From assembly GCA_964508645.1 (NCBI GenBank), contig CAZDUM010000001.1:1-26288 (forward strand): 26,288 bases of DNA. Reading direction: 5' to 3'. A program made the translations under genes and the position numbers. Under the pieces are notes generated by a model. That model did not search any database. It was given only the letters and a program-made list of their open reading frames with translations, and was not told the origin of the DNA. Every line of letters begins with the position of its first letter. The first letter of the stretch is position 1. Positions 10,507 to 18,599 of the stretch are shown here, in pieces. Origin of the DNA: an uncultured Oscillospiraceae bacterium (lineage in GTDB: Bacteria; Bacillota; Clostridia; Peptostreptococcales; Anaerovoracaceae).

Positions 10507-12726
10507 CTATCCGCCGCCCCGCGCCATAACCGTCTCCACCCGGATGCCCGCCGCGGACAGAGAAAGCCCGACGGCGCCGTCCAGATCGTTACGGAACAGC
10601 CGAATGCCTTTTTCCGTGAGCCTGCCCACGATCGCCTGATCCGGATGCCCGTAGCGGTTTCTCTGGCCCACCTGGATCACGGCCACCTGCGGGTCCACCG
10701 CCGCGAGGAAGGCCTCGCCGGTGCTGGTTTCACTGCCATGATGTCCCACCTTCAGAACGTCGGCACGCAGGGCATCGAGGCGCCCTATGGAGGCGTAATA
10801 CGCCATCATCTCCTCCTCTCCCGCCGTATCGAGGTCGCCGGTGACCAGCACGCGCCACCCCGCGTAGCTCACGAGAAACACCGAGCAGAGATGGTTTTCG
10901 TCCTGCCCCTTGACCGGGTCGACGGTCAGCGGCCACAGCGTGGTGACGGTGACCTGCGGTGCCACCTGCACGCTGTCGCCGATCGTCATGCCGCTTCGCA
11001 GGGCATGCACCGGAAAGGCATCTTCCAGCTCTTCGAGGCCCTGATAATGGTCCATGTGCGTGTGCGTCGCCAGCGCCAGATCCAGACGGGAGACCCCGTT
11101 TTTCAACAGGTAGGGCTTGAGAACCTTTTCCCCCACATTATAGCCGAAACGCCCGCCACCGTCAATCAGCACATGGTGCCCGGATGCGCGGATGTGCAGG
11201 CAGTCCCCCTGTCCCACATCCACGAAGACGAGCTGGCAGGAGGCGACCGGCTGCCGGTACAGATACCCACCCGCAAGGGCCAGCGCGGCGATCAGCGCGC
11301 AGCGCACCACCAGCGTACCGATCCTGCGCCGCAGGCGCAGAATGTGCGCCGTCTCCGACAGCAGGAAGAACCCCAACCCGTACACGGCGAAGACGAGCCA
11401 AAGCGGCGGGCTGGGCACATCGAGACTGCCACCGCCCAGATTCAGCCACTCGTTCACCTTGATCAGCAGCAGCGACAGGCTCTCCAGGGGCAGGCTGAGG
11501 ATGCCGCAGCTGCCAAAGAAAAGAAACACCACGAAGGCGCCCAGACCCAGCGGCGCCAGCAGGCCGGTCAGGTAGAGCACCGGCGGGTTGGCCACGAGGC
11601 TCACGAAGGAAAAGGTGTTGAACTGAAACATCTGATAGGGCAGGAGGCCCAGATTGACGGCGAGCATCAGCCGCAACCCCTGCGGGATCTTCTTCGGGAG
11701 GACCGGCATGAGGAAGGCGATGGAGGACACCGCCAGGAACGACATCTGGAATCCGCTGCCCAGCAGGCTGTACGGATTGCGCAGAAGCAGGAGCAGCGCC
11801 GCGAGCGAGAGCGATGTGAGCATGTCGTAGCGCAGGTCTTTTAGCAGCGCCAGCTGATGCAGGAGGATCATCAGCGCGGCCCGAAATACGGACGGGCTCC
11901 ACATGGCCATCGTGCCATACAGCCAGAGCACACCGCCCAGTAAAAGGAGACGTCCCGGACTCTGTACGTTGCCGAGGAGTTTTCGGAGCAGGCCGTATAG
12001 AATGCCCACGTGCAGGCCGCTCACCGCCAGGACATGCGCCGTACCGTTTTTGCGGAATGTCTCGTAGACATCCTCGCTGAGCGCCGCCGTATCCCCGAAG
12101 AGAAGGCCCGGAAGGAGCGCCCTGGCCCGCGCCGGCAGCACAGCTTGGAACTGAAACCGCTTTTGGATCAGCCGGTTGGCCAGGATGCGCCACGGCAGGC
12201 GGCCCACATCGCCCACCGCAATCGAATGGCACGACCCCCGGTAAAAGACCCCCTCGCTCGCCAGGTAGAGCCGGTAGTCGAAGCAGCCCGGATTTCGCCG
12301 GCCATCCGCCGCCGTCAGCACCGCCTCGAGCCGGACCTCGCGATCGAACATCGTCTCCGGCGGCGCCAGTTCTCCCGATGCATCCCGCAGGGCCGCAGGC
12401 TCCGTGTCCACCAGGATTCGCTCTCCATACGCCCTGCGGCCGTCACAGCGATCGACCGCCACCAGCAGTCGTACCCGCAGCTCGCCCCCGTCCCCTTCCG
12501 AGAGCGATAGAGAGACCACGCGCCCCTCGATCCTGCGAGCAGGCCCGTCCTGCCCATCCTCCCCCGCGCCGGTCTTCGCGGCCTCCTGCGCGCCCTGCGC
12601 TGCGCCGCCTTCCTGCGCCATCCCCGCGGGTTCCAGGCGGGAACGCCTGAGCGGCACCCCCATCGCATGCAGGGCGCTGAGCAGGATAAGCAAGGCGATC
12701 ACGCCTGCCACCAATCGTCTTCTCAT
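10507..12726 (-). CDS. comEC: DNA internalization competence protein ComEC/Rec2
   Basis: RNPGCFDY, GTAHVLAVSGLHV, SVFRAALM, GFQMSF, VFVDVGQGD, metallo-beta-lactamase THTHMDH and LKVGHHGS. Confidence 0.93.
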   Translation of the reverse strand: MRRRLVAGVIALLILLSALHAMGVPLRRSRLEPAGMAQEGGAAQGAQEAAKTGAGEDGQDGPARRIEGRVVSLSLSEGDGGELRVRLLVAVDRCDGRRAYGERILVDTEPAALRDASGELAPPETMFDREVRLEAVLTAADGRRNPGCFDYRLYLASEGVFYRGSCHSIAVGDVGRLPWRILANRLIQKRFQFQAVLPARARALLPGLLFGDTAALSEDVYETFRKNGTAHVLAVSGLHVGILYGLLRKLLGNVQSPGRLLLLGGVLWLYGTMAMWSPSVFRAALMILLHQLALLKDLRYDMLTSLSLAALLLLLRNPYSLLGSGFQMSFLAVSSIAFLMPVLPKKIPQGLRLMLAVNLGLLPYQMFQFNTFSFVSLVANPPVLYLTGLLAPLGLGAFVVFLFFGSCGILSLPLESLSLLLIKVNEWLNLGGGSLDVPSPPLWLVFAVYGLGFFLLSETAHILRLRRRIGTLVVRCALIAALALAGGYLYRQPVASCQLVFVDVGQGDCLHIRASGHHVLIDGGGRFGYNVGEKVLKPYLLKNGVSRLDLALATHTHMDHYQGLEELEDAFPVHALRSGMTIGDSVQVAPQVTVTTLWPLTVDPVKGQDENHLCSVFLVSYAGWRVLVTGDLDTAGEEEMMAYYASIGRLDALRADVLKVGHHGSETSTGEAFLAAVDPQVAVIQVGQRNRYGHPDQAIVGRLTEKGIRLFRNDLDGAVGLSLSAAGIRVETVMARGGG

Positions 12727-12768
12727 CTCGTGTGTCCGCTTTTGCAGACGGTGTCTCGATCCGCCCCC

Positions 12769-12797
12769 ATTGTATTACATTTTCTACCATCTGGCAA
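12769..12797 (-). promoter_or_regulatory. Sigma-A-like promoter of comEC-holA
   Basis: On the minus strand: TTGCCA, 17-nt spacer, TACAAT. Confidence 0.65.
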
Positions 12798-12868
12798 GCC
12801 CTTTCTTTCGGTCCCGCCTCCCCATCCTCCTCCTTTCGGCTCTCTTTCGGCCGCCTGCAAGATAACTG

Positions 12869-12897
12869 CTGACTTTTCACGCAAAGTATGCTATACT
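12869..12897 (+). promoter_or_regulatory. Sigma-A-like promoter of the class A PBP gene
   Basis: CTGACT, 17-nt spacer, TG-C-TATACT; GGGGAG SD before the TTG at 12950. Confidence 0.6.
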
Positions 12898-12949
12898 GTC
12901 CGTGTTACCTCTTCGGTGGCATCTATCGTAGAAAAAGGGGGAGACCGCT

Positions 12950-15900
12950 TTGTATCAGGATGAAGAGAATCGCACCGTGGCGAGCCAGTCAGGGGAGGAG
13001 CCCGTCTATCATTCCAGACGCGAGCGCAAGGAGGCGGAAGCCCGCAAAAAGCCCACGCGAAAGGAAAAGTTCGAGCAGAAGCAGGCGGCCCTGGCCGCCG
13101 AGGCGGATGCGCGGGAGAATGCCGATATGTCCGATGGCCCGGCGGCGGAGCGCGAAAAGCCCGCCAAGCCGCCCAAAAAGAAAAAGCGCGTGCGCACCTA
13201 TGTGCTCCGCGTATTTCTGGTCCTCCTGTGCCTGTGCCTGGTGGTGGGGCTGGCCGGCGTCGGCTATGTGCTCAGCGTCATCAAGGACGCGCCGCCCATC
13301 GATACGTCGAACATCTTCTCCATGCTGTCCCAGAGCTCCGTACTGTATGATGACCAGGGGGAGGTCATCGATACGGTGGTCGGTGCGAACGGAGAGAACC
13401 GCACCATCGTCACCATCGACCAGATACCGGAGAACCTGCAGAACGCCTTTATCGCGATTGAGGACAAGACCTTCCGCACCCATCACGGATTCAATATCGT
13501 CCGCATCTTCGGCGCGATCCGCGATGCCCTACTGTCCGGCGGCGAGATCAGCGGGACCAGCACCATCACCCAGCAGCTGGCGCGGAACATCTACCTGCCG
13601 GACCAGCGCTTCGATCACGATATCAACCGCAAGATCACAGAGGCCTACTACGCCGTCATCCTGGAGCGGCGGCTCAACAAGGATCAGATCCTGGAGGCCT
13701 ACCTGAACACGGTGAGCTTCGGCTCCGCCTACGGCGTCCAGGCGGCATCCCAGGCCTATTTCGACAAGGACGTGGAGGAACTGACGCTGGTGGAATGTGC
13801 CGCCCTGGCGGCCATGCCGCAGGCACCCTCGGCCTATGCGCTCGTACAGCAGGTCTCCGCCAGCGAGGTCAACGATGACACGGAGAACCTCATCCGCAAG
13901 GAGGGCGATGTCGCCTATGTCTGGAACGACACGGCGGAGCCCCGCATTCAGCTTTGCCTGGACCTCATGCTGGAGCAGGGTTTCATCACCCAGAGCGAGC
14001 ACGACGAGGCGGCGGCCATGAAGGTCAAGGACATCGTCAACCCCAACACCGATACCCTCCATGTCGCCACGAACTACTTCGCCGACTATGTCATCAATAC
14101 CGTCATCGAGGACCTGCAGGAGGAGCTGGATTGCGACTACACCCGCGCGTTCAACATGGTCTACAGCGGCGGTCTGCGCATCTACACCACGATCGACACG
14201 GAGATGCAGAAGATCATCGAGGAGGAGTTTAAGAACGACGACAACTACCCCGCCCTCATCACGAATCGCCGCGATCAGAACAACAACATCCTGGATGAGG
14301 ACGGCAAGATCATCCTCTACAGCTACAGCAACTACATCACGAGCAAGGGCTACTTCCGCCTCAAACCGGACGAGTACGCGTGGAACGATGACGGTTCCCT
14401 GACGGTGTTCGCCGGCAAGCGCCTCAATTTCTACGACACTGTGGCGGCCGGACAGGAGGAGGTCAGCGTGGAGTTCAAGAACATGTATGTCGTGGAGGAC
14501 GGCGTGTTCTACACCATCTCCGGCGGCTACATCAACATCCCGCAGAAGTATAAGTCAAAGGACAAGGACGGCAACCTCGTCGTCTCGGCCCAGTATTTTA
14601 CCGATCATCCAGACGCCCTGCGCCAGAGCGGAGAGCGGGTCGTCACGAAGAACTTCACCCTGCAGCAGCGCGTCATCCAGCCGCAGTCCGCGATGACGAT
14701 CGTCGACAACGAGACGGGATATGTCAAGGCCATGGTGGGCGGACGCAAGATCAACGGCCGCATGATCCTGAACCGGGCGGTGACCAACCAGCAGTCCGGT
14801 TCCTCCATCAAGCCCCTCTCCGTCTACGCGCCGGCCATCCAGAAGAGCTTCGAGCTGCAGGCGGCCGGAGAGAAGTACGAGCTCATCGATTCCGAGTACG
14901 GTTTCCAGGGGGACAAGCTCTGGGGCGACTACCTGACGGCGGCCTCCATCATCGACGATGAACCCACCACCGTCAACGGCGAGCGGTGGCCTGTGAACTC
15001 GCCGCCCGGCTACAACGGGCTGGTCAGCATGCGGCGGGCCCTGCAGAAATCCCTGAACATCTGCGCCGTGAAGCTCATGCAGCAGGTGGGCACCGACTAC
15101 GCCTTCGACATGGTGGAGAAGTTCGGCATCACCACCCTGGTGCGGGAAGGCGAGGTCAACGACAACAACCTGGCGGCGCTGGCGCTGGGCGGGCAGTCCA
15201 GCGGCGTCACCACCCTGGAGATGGCCAGCGCCTACAACACATTCGTCAACGACGGGGCGCACCGCAGCTACAACATCTACACCAAGGTGACGACGCGGAC
15301 GGGCGACACGCTCCTGGAGGGCACGACGGAGGATACGCAGGTGCTCGATCCGGGCGTGGCCTGGATCATGCGCAACATGCTGCAGTCCGTCGTCACGGAC
15401 GGCCTCGGCCAGCCTGCGGCCGTCAGCGGTACCCAGGCCGGCGGCAAGACCGGTACCACCTCCGACCAGTTCGATATCTGGTTCGACGGCTTCACGGCCA
15501 AGTACTCCGCCTCCCTGTGGATCGGCAGCGATGTCAATATCAAGCTGTCCAGCATGTCCGAAAAGGCTGCGGCCCTGTGGGGCAAGATCATGAACCAAAT
15601 TCCCGATGTCGGCGAGGGGACCTATACGGCCATGCCGTCCAATGTCATCGCCGTCTCCGTCGATACGAAGAGCGGCATGCTGGCCGTGGACAGCAGCGGC
15701 TCCGATGTGCGCACGGAATACTTCACGCGGGGCACCCAGCCGACGGAGACCGACACGCTCCACCAGACGGTGGAGGTCTGCGACAGCAGCGGGTTCCTGG
15801 CCACCCCGTCCTGCCCTTCCGTCTCGGAGAAATCCGGTATCAAGCGGCCCTATGTGCCGAACAAGCGGGTGGCGGACCTGAATCGGGAACTTCCCCACTA

Positions 15901-16285
15901 CTACTGCAACGAGCACAACCCGGACCCGGAGGAGTATCCCGTGAAGAAGGGCCTGGATGTGACGATCGTGGAACCGGGCGAGCTGGATGATCCGGAGGGG
16001 CCGATCACCGACCCCGATGACCCGAATTACGACCCGGTGCTCGATCCGAACAGCCCGAGCTATAACCCGGCCTTAGACCCGTACAACCCGGCCTATAATC
16101 CGGCCCTGGATCCGAACAATCCCGCCTATAACCCGGCCTTGGATCCGAGCAATCCGGCCTATGACCCCACCCTCGATCCGAACCAGAGCGCCGGCACCGA
16201 TCCGAATGCACCCGCCGTCGACCCGGCGGATCCGGGCGGACAGGTCGTGCCACCCGATTCCGACGCCGACGACCCTGAGGCATAG
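12950..16285 (+). CDS. Class A penicillin-binding protein (PBP1A-type transglycosylase/transpeptidase)
   Basis: Charged N-tail, single TM helix, GT51 motifs EDKTF, GTSTITQQL and RKITE, and transpeptidase motifs SSIK, SLN and KTG. Confidence 0.95.
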   Translation: MYQDEENRTVASQSGEEPVYHSRRERKEAEARKKPTRKEKFEQKQAALAAEADARENADMSDGPAAEREKPAKPPKKKKRVRTYVLRVFLVLLCLCLVVGLAGVGYVLSVIKDAPPIDTSNIFSMLSQSSVLYDDQGEVIDTVVGANGENRTIVTIDQIPENLQNAFIAIEDKTFRTHHGFNIVRIFGAIRDALLSGGEISGTSTITQQLARNIYLPDQRFDHDINRKITEAYYAVILERRLNKDQILEAYLNTVSFGSAYGVQAASQAYFDKDVEELTLVECAALAAMPQAPSAYALVQQVSASEVNDDTENLIRKEGDVAYVWNDTAEPRIQLCLDLMLEQGFITQSEHDEAAAMKVKDIVNPNTDTLHVATNYFADYVINTVIEDLQEELDCDYTRAFNMVYSGGLRIYTTIDTEMQKIIEEEFKNDDNYPALITNRRDQNNNILDEDGKIILYSYSNYITSKGYFRLKPDEYAWNDDGSLTVFAGKRLNFYDTVAAGQEEVSVEFKNMYVVEDGVFYTISGGYINIPQKYKSKDKDGNLVVSAQYFTDHPDALRQSGERVVTKNFTLQQRVIQPQSAMTIVDNETGYVKAMVGGRKINGRMILNRAVTNQQSGSSIKPLSVYAPAIQKSFELQAAGEKYELIDSEYGFQGDKLWGDYLTAASIIDDEPTTVNGERWPVNSPPGYNGLVSMRRALQKSLNICAVKLMQQVGTDYAFDMVEKFGITTLVREGEVNDNNLAALALGGQSSGVTTLEMASAYNTFVNDGAHRSYNIYTKVTTRTGDTLLEGTTEDTQVLDPGVAWIMRNMLQSVVTDGLGQPAAVSGTQAGGKTGTTSDQFDIWFDGFTAKYSASLWIGSDVNIKLSSMSEKAAALWGKIMNQIPDVGEGTYTAMPSNVIAVSVDTKSGMLAVDSSGSDVRTEYFTRGTQPTETDTLHQTVEVCDSSGFLATPSCPSVSEKSGIKRPYVPNKRVADLNRELPHYYCNEHNPDPEEYPVKKGLDVTIVEPGELDDPEGPITDPDDPNYDPVLDPNSPSYNPALDPYNPAYNPALDPNNPAYNPALDPSNPAYDPTLDPNQSAGTDPNAPAVDPADPGGQVVPPDSDADDPEA
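16022..16186 (+). repeat. Five in-frame 33-nt (11-aa) tandem repeats in the PBP C-terminus
   Basis: PNYDPVLDPNS / PSYNPALDPYN / PAYNPALDPNN / PAYNPALDPSN / PAYDPTLDPNQ. Confidence 0.95.
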
Positions 16286-16349
16286 CATCGGCGACACGGC
16301 GGCATAGCGGAGGCATAGCGCCGGCGACATGGGGTATAGCGCCGGCGCT
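16277..16349. repeat. Degenerate GGCATAGC(G)CCGGCGAC repeats between the converging PBP and htpG genes
   Basis: GAGGCATAGCATCGGCGACA (16277), GAGGCATAGCGCCGGCGACA (16310) and GGGTATAGCGCCGGCG (16332), ending in the palindrome AGCGCCGGCGCT. Confidence 0.7.
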
Positions 16350-16361
16350 CCTCGGCCTTTT

Positions 16362-18305
16362 CTACATCAGCTGGCAGATCATCTCGGCCAGCTCGCTTGG
16401 ATTCTCCACGCTCAGACCGGCGATGAGCCTGGCCTGCGCGTAGAGCAGCTTGGCATAGGTCGCCAGCTTCTCCTCGTCCCCCGCCGCATCCATCGCCTTG
16501 AGCTTCTCGGCGATGGGATGGGAGGCGTTGATCTCCAGCACGACCTGCGCCTTGACCTTTTCCTCCACGGGCATGGCATTCAGCGTCTTCTCCATTTCGA
16601 GGGAAAGCGCCCCCTCCGAGGTCAGGCAGACCGGATGGTTCTTGAGGTGACCTGTGAAGCGCACGCCGCTGACACCCTCCCCGATGGCCGCCTGCATCTT
16701 GGCCAGCAGATCCTTGGATTCCTCGTTCTGCTTCGTGATCGTCTCCTTCTCCGCCTCGGTCTCCAGATCGAGTTCATCGCCGCAGATGTTGAGGAAACGC
16801 TTCCCGTCGTAGTCCCGCAGCGTCTGCAGGACGAACTCGTCCACCTCCTCCGTCAGGTACAGGATCTCATAGCCCTTATCCTTCACCTGATCCGTCTGCG
16901 GCAGCAGATCGATCTTCTGCACCGTCTCACCGCAGGCATAGTAGATGCTCGACTGCCCCTCCGGCATCCGCGAGACGTACTCCTTGAAGCTGGTCATGTC
17001 GCCGGTGGTGGAGGAGTGGAACAGCAGAAGATCCATCAGGGTGTCCCTGTGCATCCCGTAGTCGTTGTATACGCCGAACTTGAGCTGGGTGCCGAAGGAC
17101 TTGAAGAAGTCCTTGTACCCCTCGCGGTCCTCCGCCATGAACTTGACGAGCTCGTTCTTGATATTCCTCTCCAGGTTGCGCGCGATGAGCTTGAGCTGCC
17201 GGTCATGCTGCAGCATCTCGCGGGAGATGTTCAGGGAGAGATCGGCGCTGTCCACCAGTCCCTTGACGAAGCTGAAGTAATCCGGGAGCAGATCGGCGCA
17301 CTTCTCCATGATCATGACGCCGCTGTTGTAGAGCGCCAGTCCCTTCTCAAAATCCTTCGTGTAGTAGTCGTAGGGCGGCTTCTTGGGTATGAACAGGAGC
17401 GCCGTATAGGACACCGCCCCCTCCGCGCTGGTGTGGATGACCCGGACGGGATCGTTGAAGTCATAGAACTTATCCTTATAGTAGGCGGCGTACTCCTCCT
17501 TGGAGATCTCGTTCTTATTGCGGCGCCAGATCGGCACCATGCTGTTGACGATCTCCTCCTCAGGGGCAGCCTCCCCGGCACCCTCGGCACCCTCGGCCTT
17601 TTCCGCCTCCTGGGGCGCCTCAGCATCCGCTGCCTCCGCCTCGGCATCCGACCCCTCCTCGTCCGGCGGCATATCCCGCTTCATCTTGATCGGCCAGGAG
17701 ATGTAGTCGGAGTACTTCTTGATGAGGCTGCGCAGCTGATAGTCCTCCAGGAAGCGGCTGTAGTTTTCCTCCTCCGTGTCATCCTTGAGGAGCAGCGTCA
17801 CGCAGGTGCCATGCCCCTCCATCTCGGCCGGCTCCACGGTATAGCCGTCCACGCCCTCCGATGTCCAGCAAAAGGCCTCCTGCGCGCCGTATGCTCTCGA
17901 CAGGACGCTGACCTTTTTGCTGACCATGAAGGCCGAATAAAAGCCCACGCCGAACTGCCCGATGATGTCGATGTCCTCCTTCGCCTCGCTGTGCATCTTG
18001 AAGTCCAGTGAGCCGCTTTTGGCGATGACCCCCAGGTTGGATTCCAGCTCCTCCGCCGTCATCCCGATGCCGTTATCCGCGATCGTGATGGTACGCGCCT
18101 CCTTGTCCGCGGCCACATGGATGCAGTAATCGCTGCGGTCGAGGCCGCTGATGTTTTCCGAAAGCTGCCGGTAATACAGCTTGTCGATGGCATCGCTGGC
18201 GTTGGAGATCAGCTCCCGCAGGAAGATCTCCTTGTGGGTATAGATGGAATTTATCATCATATCCAGCAATCTTTTGGATTCCGCCTTGAATTGTTTTTTA
18301 CGCAT
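16362..18305 (-). CDS. htpG: Molecular chaperone HtpG (Hsp90)
   Basis: FKAESKRLL, IFLRELISNASDA, DNGIGM, IGQFGVGFYSAF, DLSLNISREMLQ and LEINASHP. True start MRKKQF at 18305 with ACAGGAGG SD. Confidence 0.97.
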   Translation of the reverse strand: MRKKQFKAESKRLLDMMINSIYTHKEIFLRELISNASDAIDKLYYRQLSENISGLDRSDYCIHVAADKEARTITIADNGIGMTAEELESNLGVIAKSGSLDFKMHSEAKEDIDIIGQFGVGFYSAFMVSKKVSVLSRAYGAQEAFCWTSEGVDGYTVEPAEMEGHGTCVTLLLKDDTEEENYSRFLEDYQLRSLIKKYSDYISWPIKMKRDMPPDEEGSDAEAEAADAEAPQEAEKAEGAEGAGEAAPEEEIVNSMVPIWRRNKNEISKEEYAAYYKDKFYDFNDPVRVIHTSAEGAVSYTALLFIPKKPPYDYYTKDFEKGLALYNSGVMIMEKCADLLPDYFSFVKGLVDSADLSLNISREMLQHDRQLKLIARNLERNIKNELVKFMAEDREGYKDFFKSFGTQLKFGVYNDYGMHRDTLMDLLLFHSSTTGDMTSFKEYVSRMPEGQSSIYYACGETVQKIDLLPQTDQVKDKGYEILYLTEEVDEFVLQTLRDYDGKRFLNICGDELDLETEAEKETITKQNEESKDLLAKMQAAIGEGVSGVRFTGHLKNHPVCLTSEGALSLEMEKTLNAMPVEEKVKAQVVLEINASHPIAEKLKAMDAAGDEEKLATYAKLLYAQARLIAGLSVENPSELAEMICQLM

Positions 18306-18506
18306 ATCGTTGCCTCCTGTCCTGCTCGCACGGCGGTCCTGCGTGGCCGCATGCCCGCCTTTCACTCTTCGTTTTTCCCTTTCGGTGTTTTGTCCTCTGT
18401 CCCTTGCGTGCAGCCGTCCTGCCGGCAGCGCGCCGAAGGCGCTGCCTACCGGCCGTGTGCCCGCGCATGCGGACGCTTTCCCGGATGCACCCACCGGGCT
18501 ATTCTG

Positions 18507-18533
18507 TTAGCACTTTACTGTAATGAGTGCTAA
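18507..18533. promoter_or_regulatory. CIRCE element (HrcA operator)
   Basis: TTAGCACTT-N9-GAGTGCTAA, one mismatch from TTAGCACTC-N9-GAGTGCTAA, just downstream of the htpG -10. Confidence 0.93.
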
Positions 18534-18545
18534 TCCCTAAGCACA

Positions 18546-18574
18546 ACTATACGCCCGCGGGCGTCTCTTGTCAA
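18546..18574 (-). promoter_or_regulatory. Sigma-A promoter of htpG
   Basis: On the minus strand: TTGACA, 17-nt spacer, TATAGT. Confidence 0.85.
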
Positions 18575-18599
18575 CAGGAAAAATGAAATCTCGCAAATT

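Noticed and set aside
18306-18494. N-terminal extensions given by the ORF track for htpG (also tgt, flavodoxin, pnp and ribF)
   Set aside because: Better SD-linked starts lie downstream and homology begins there; the htpG extension lies in the 5'UTR.
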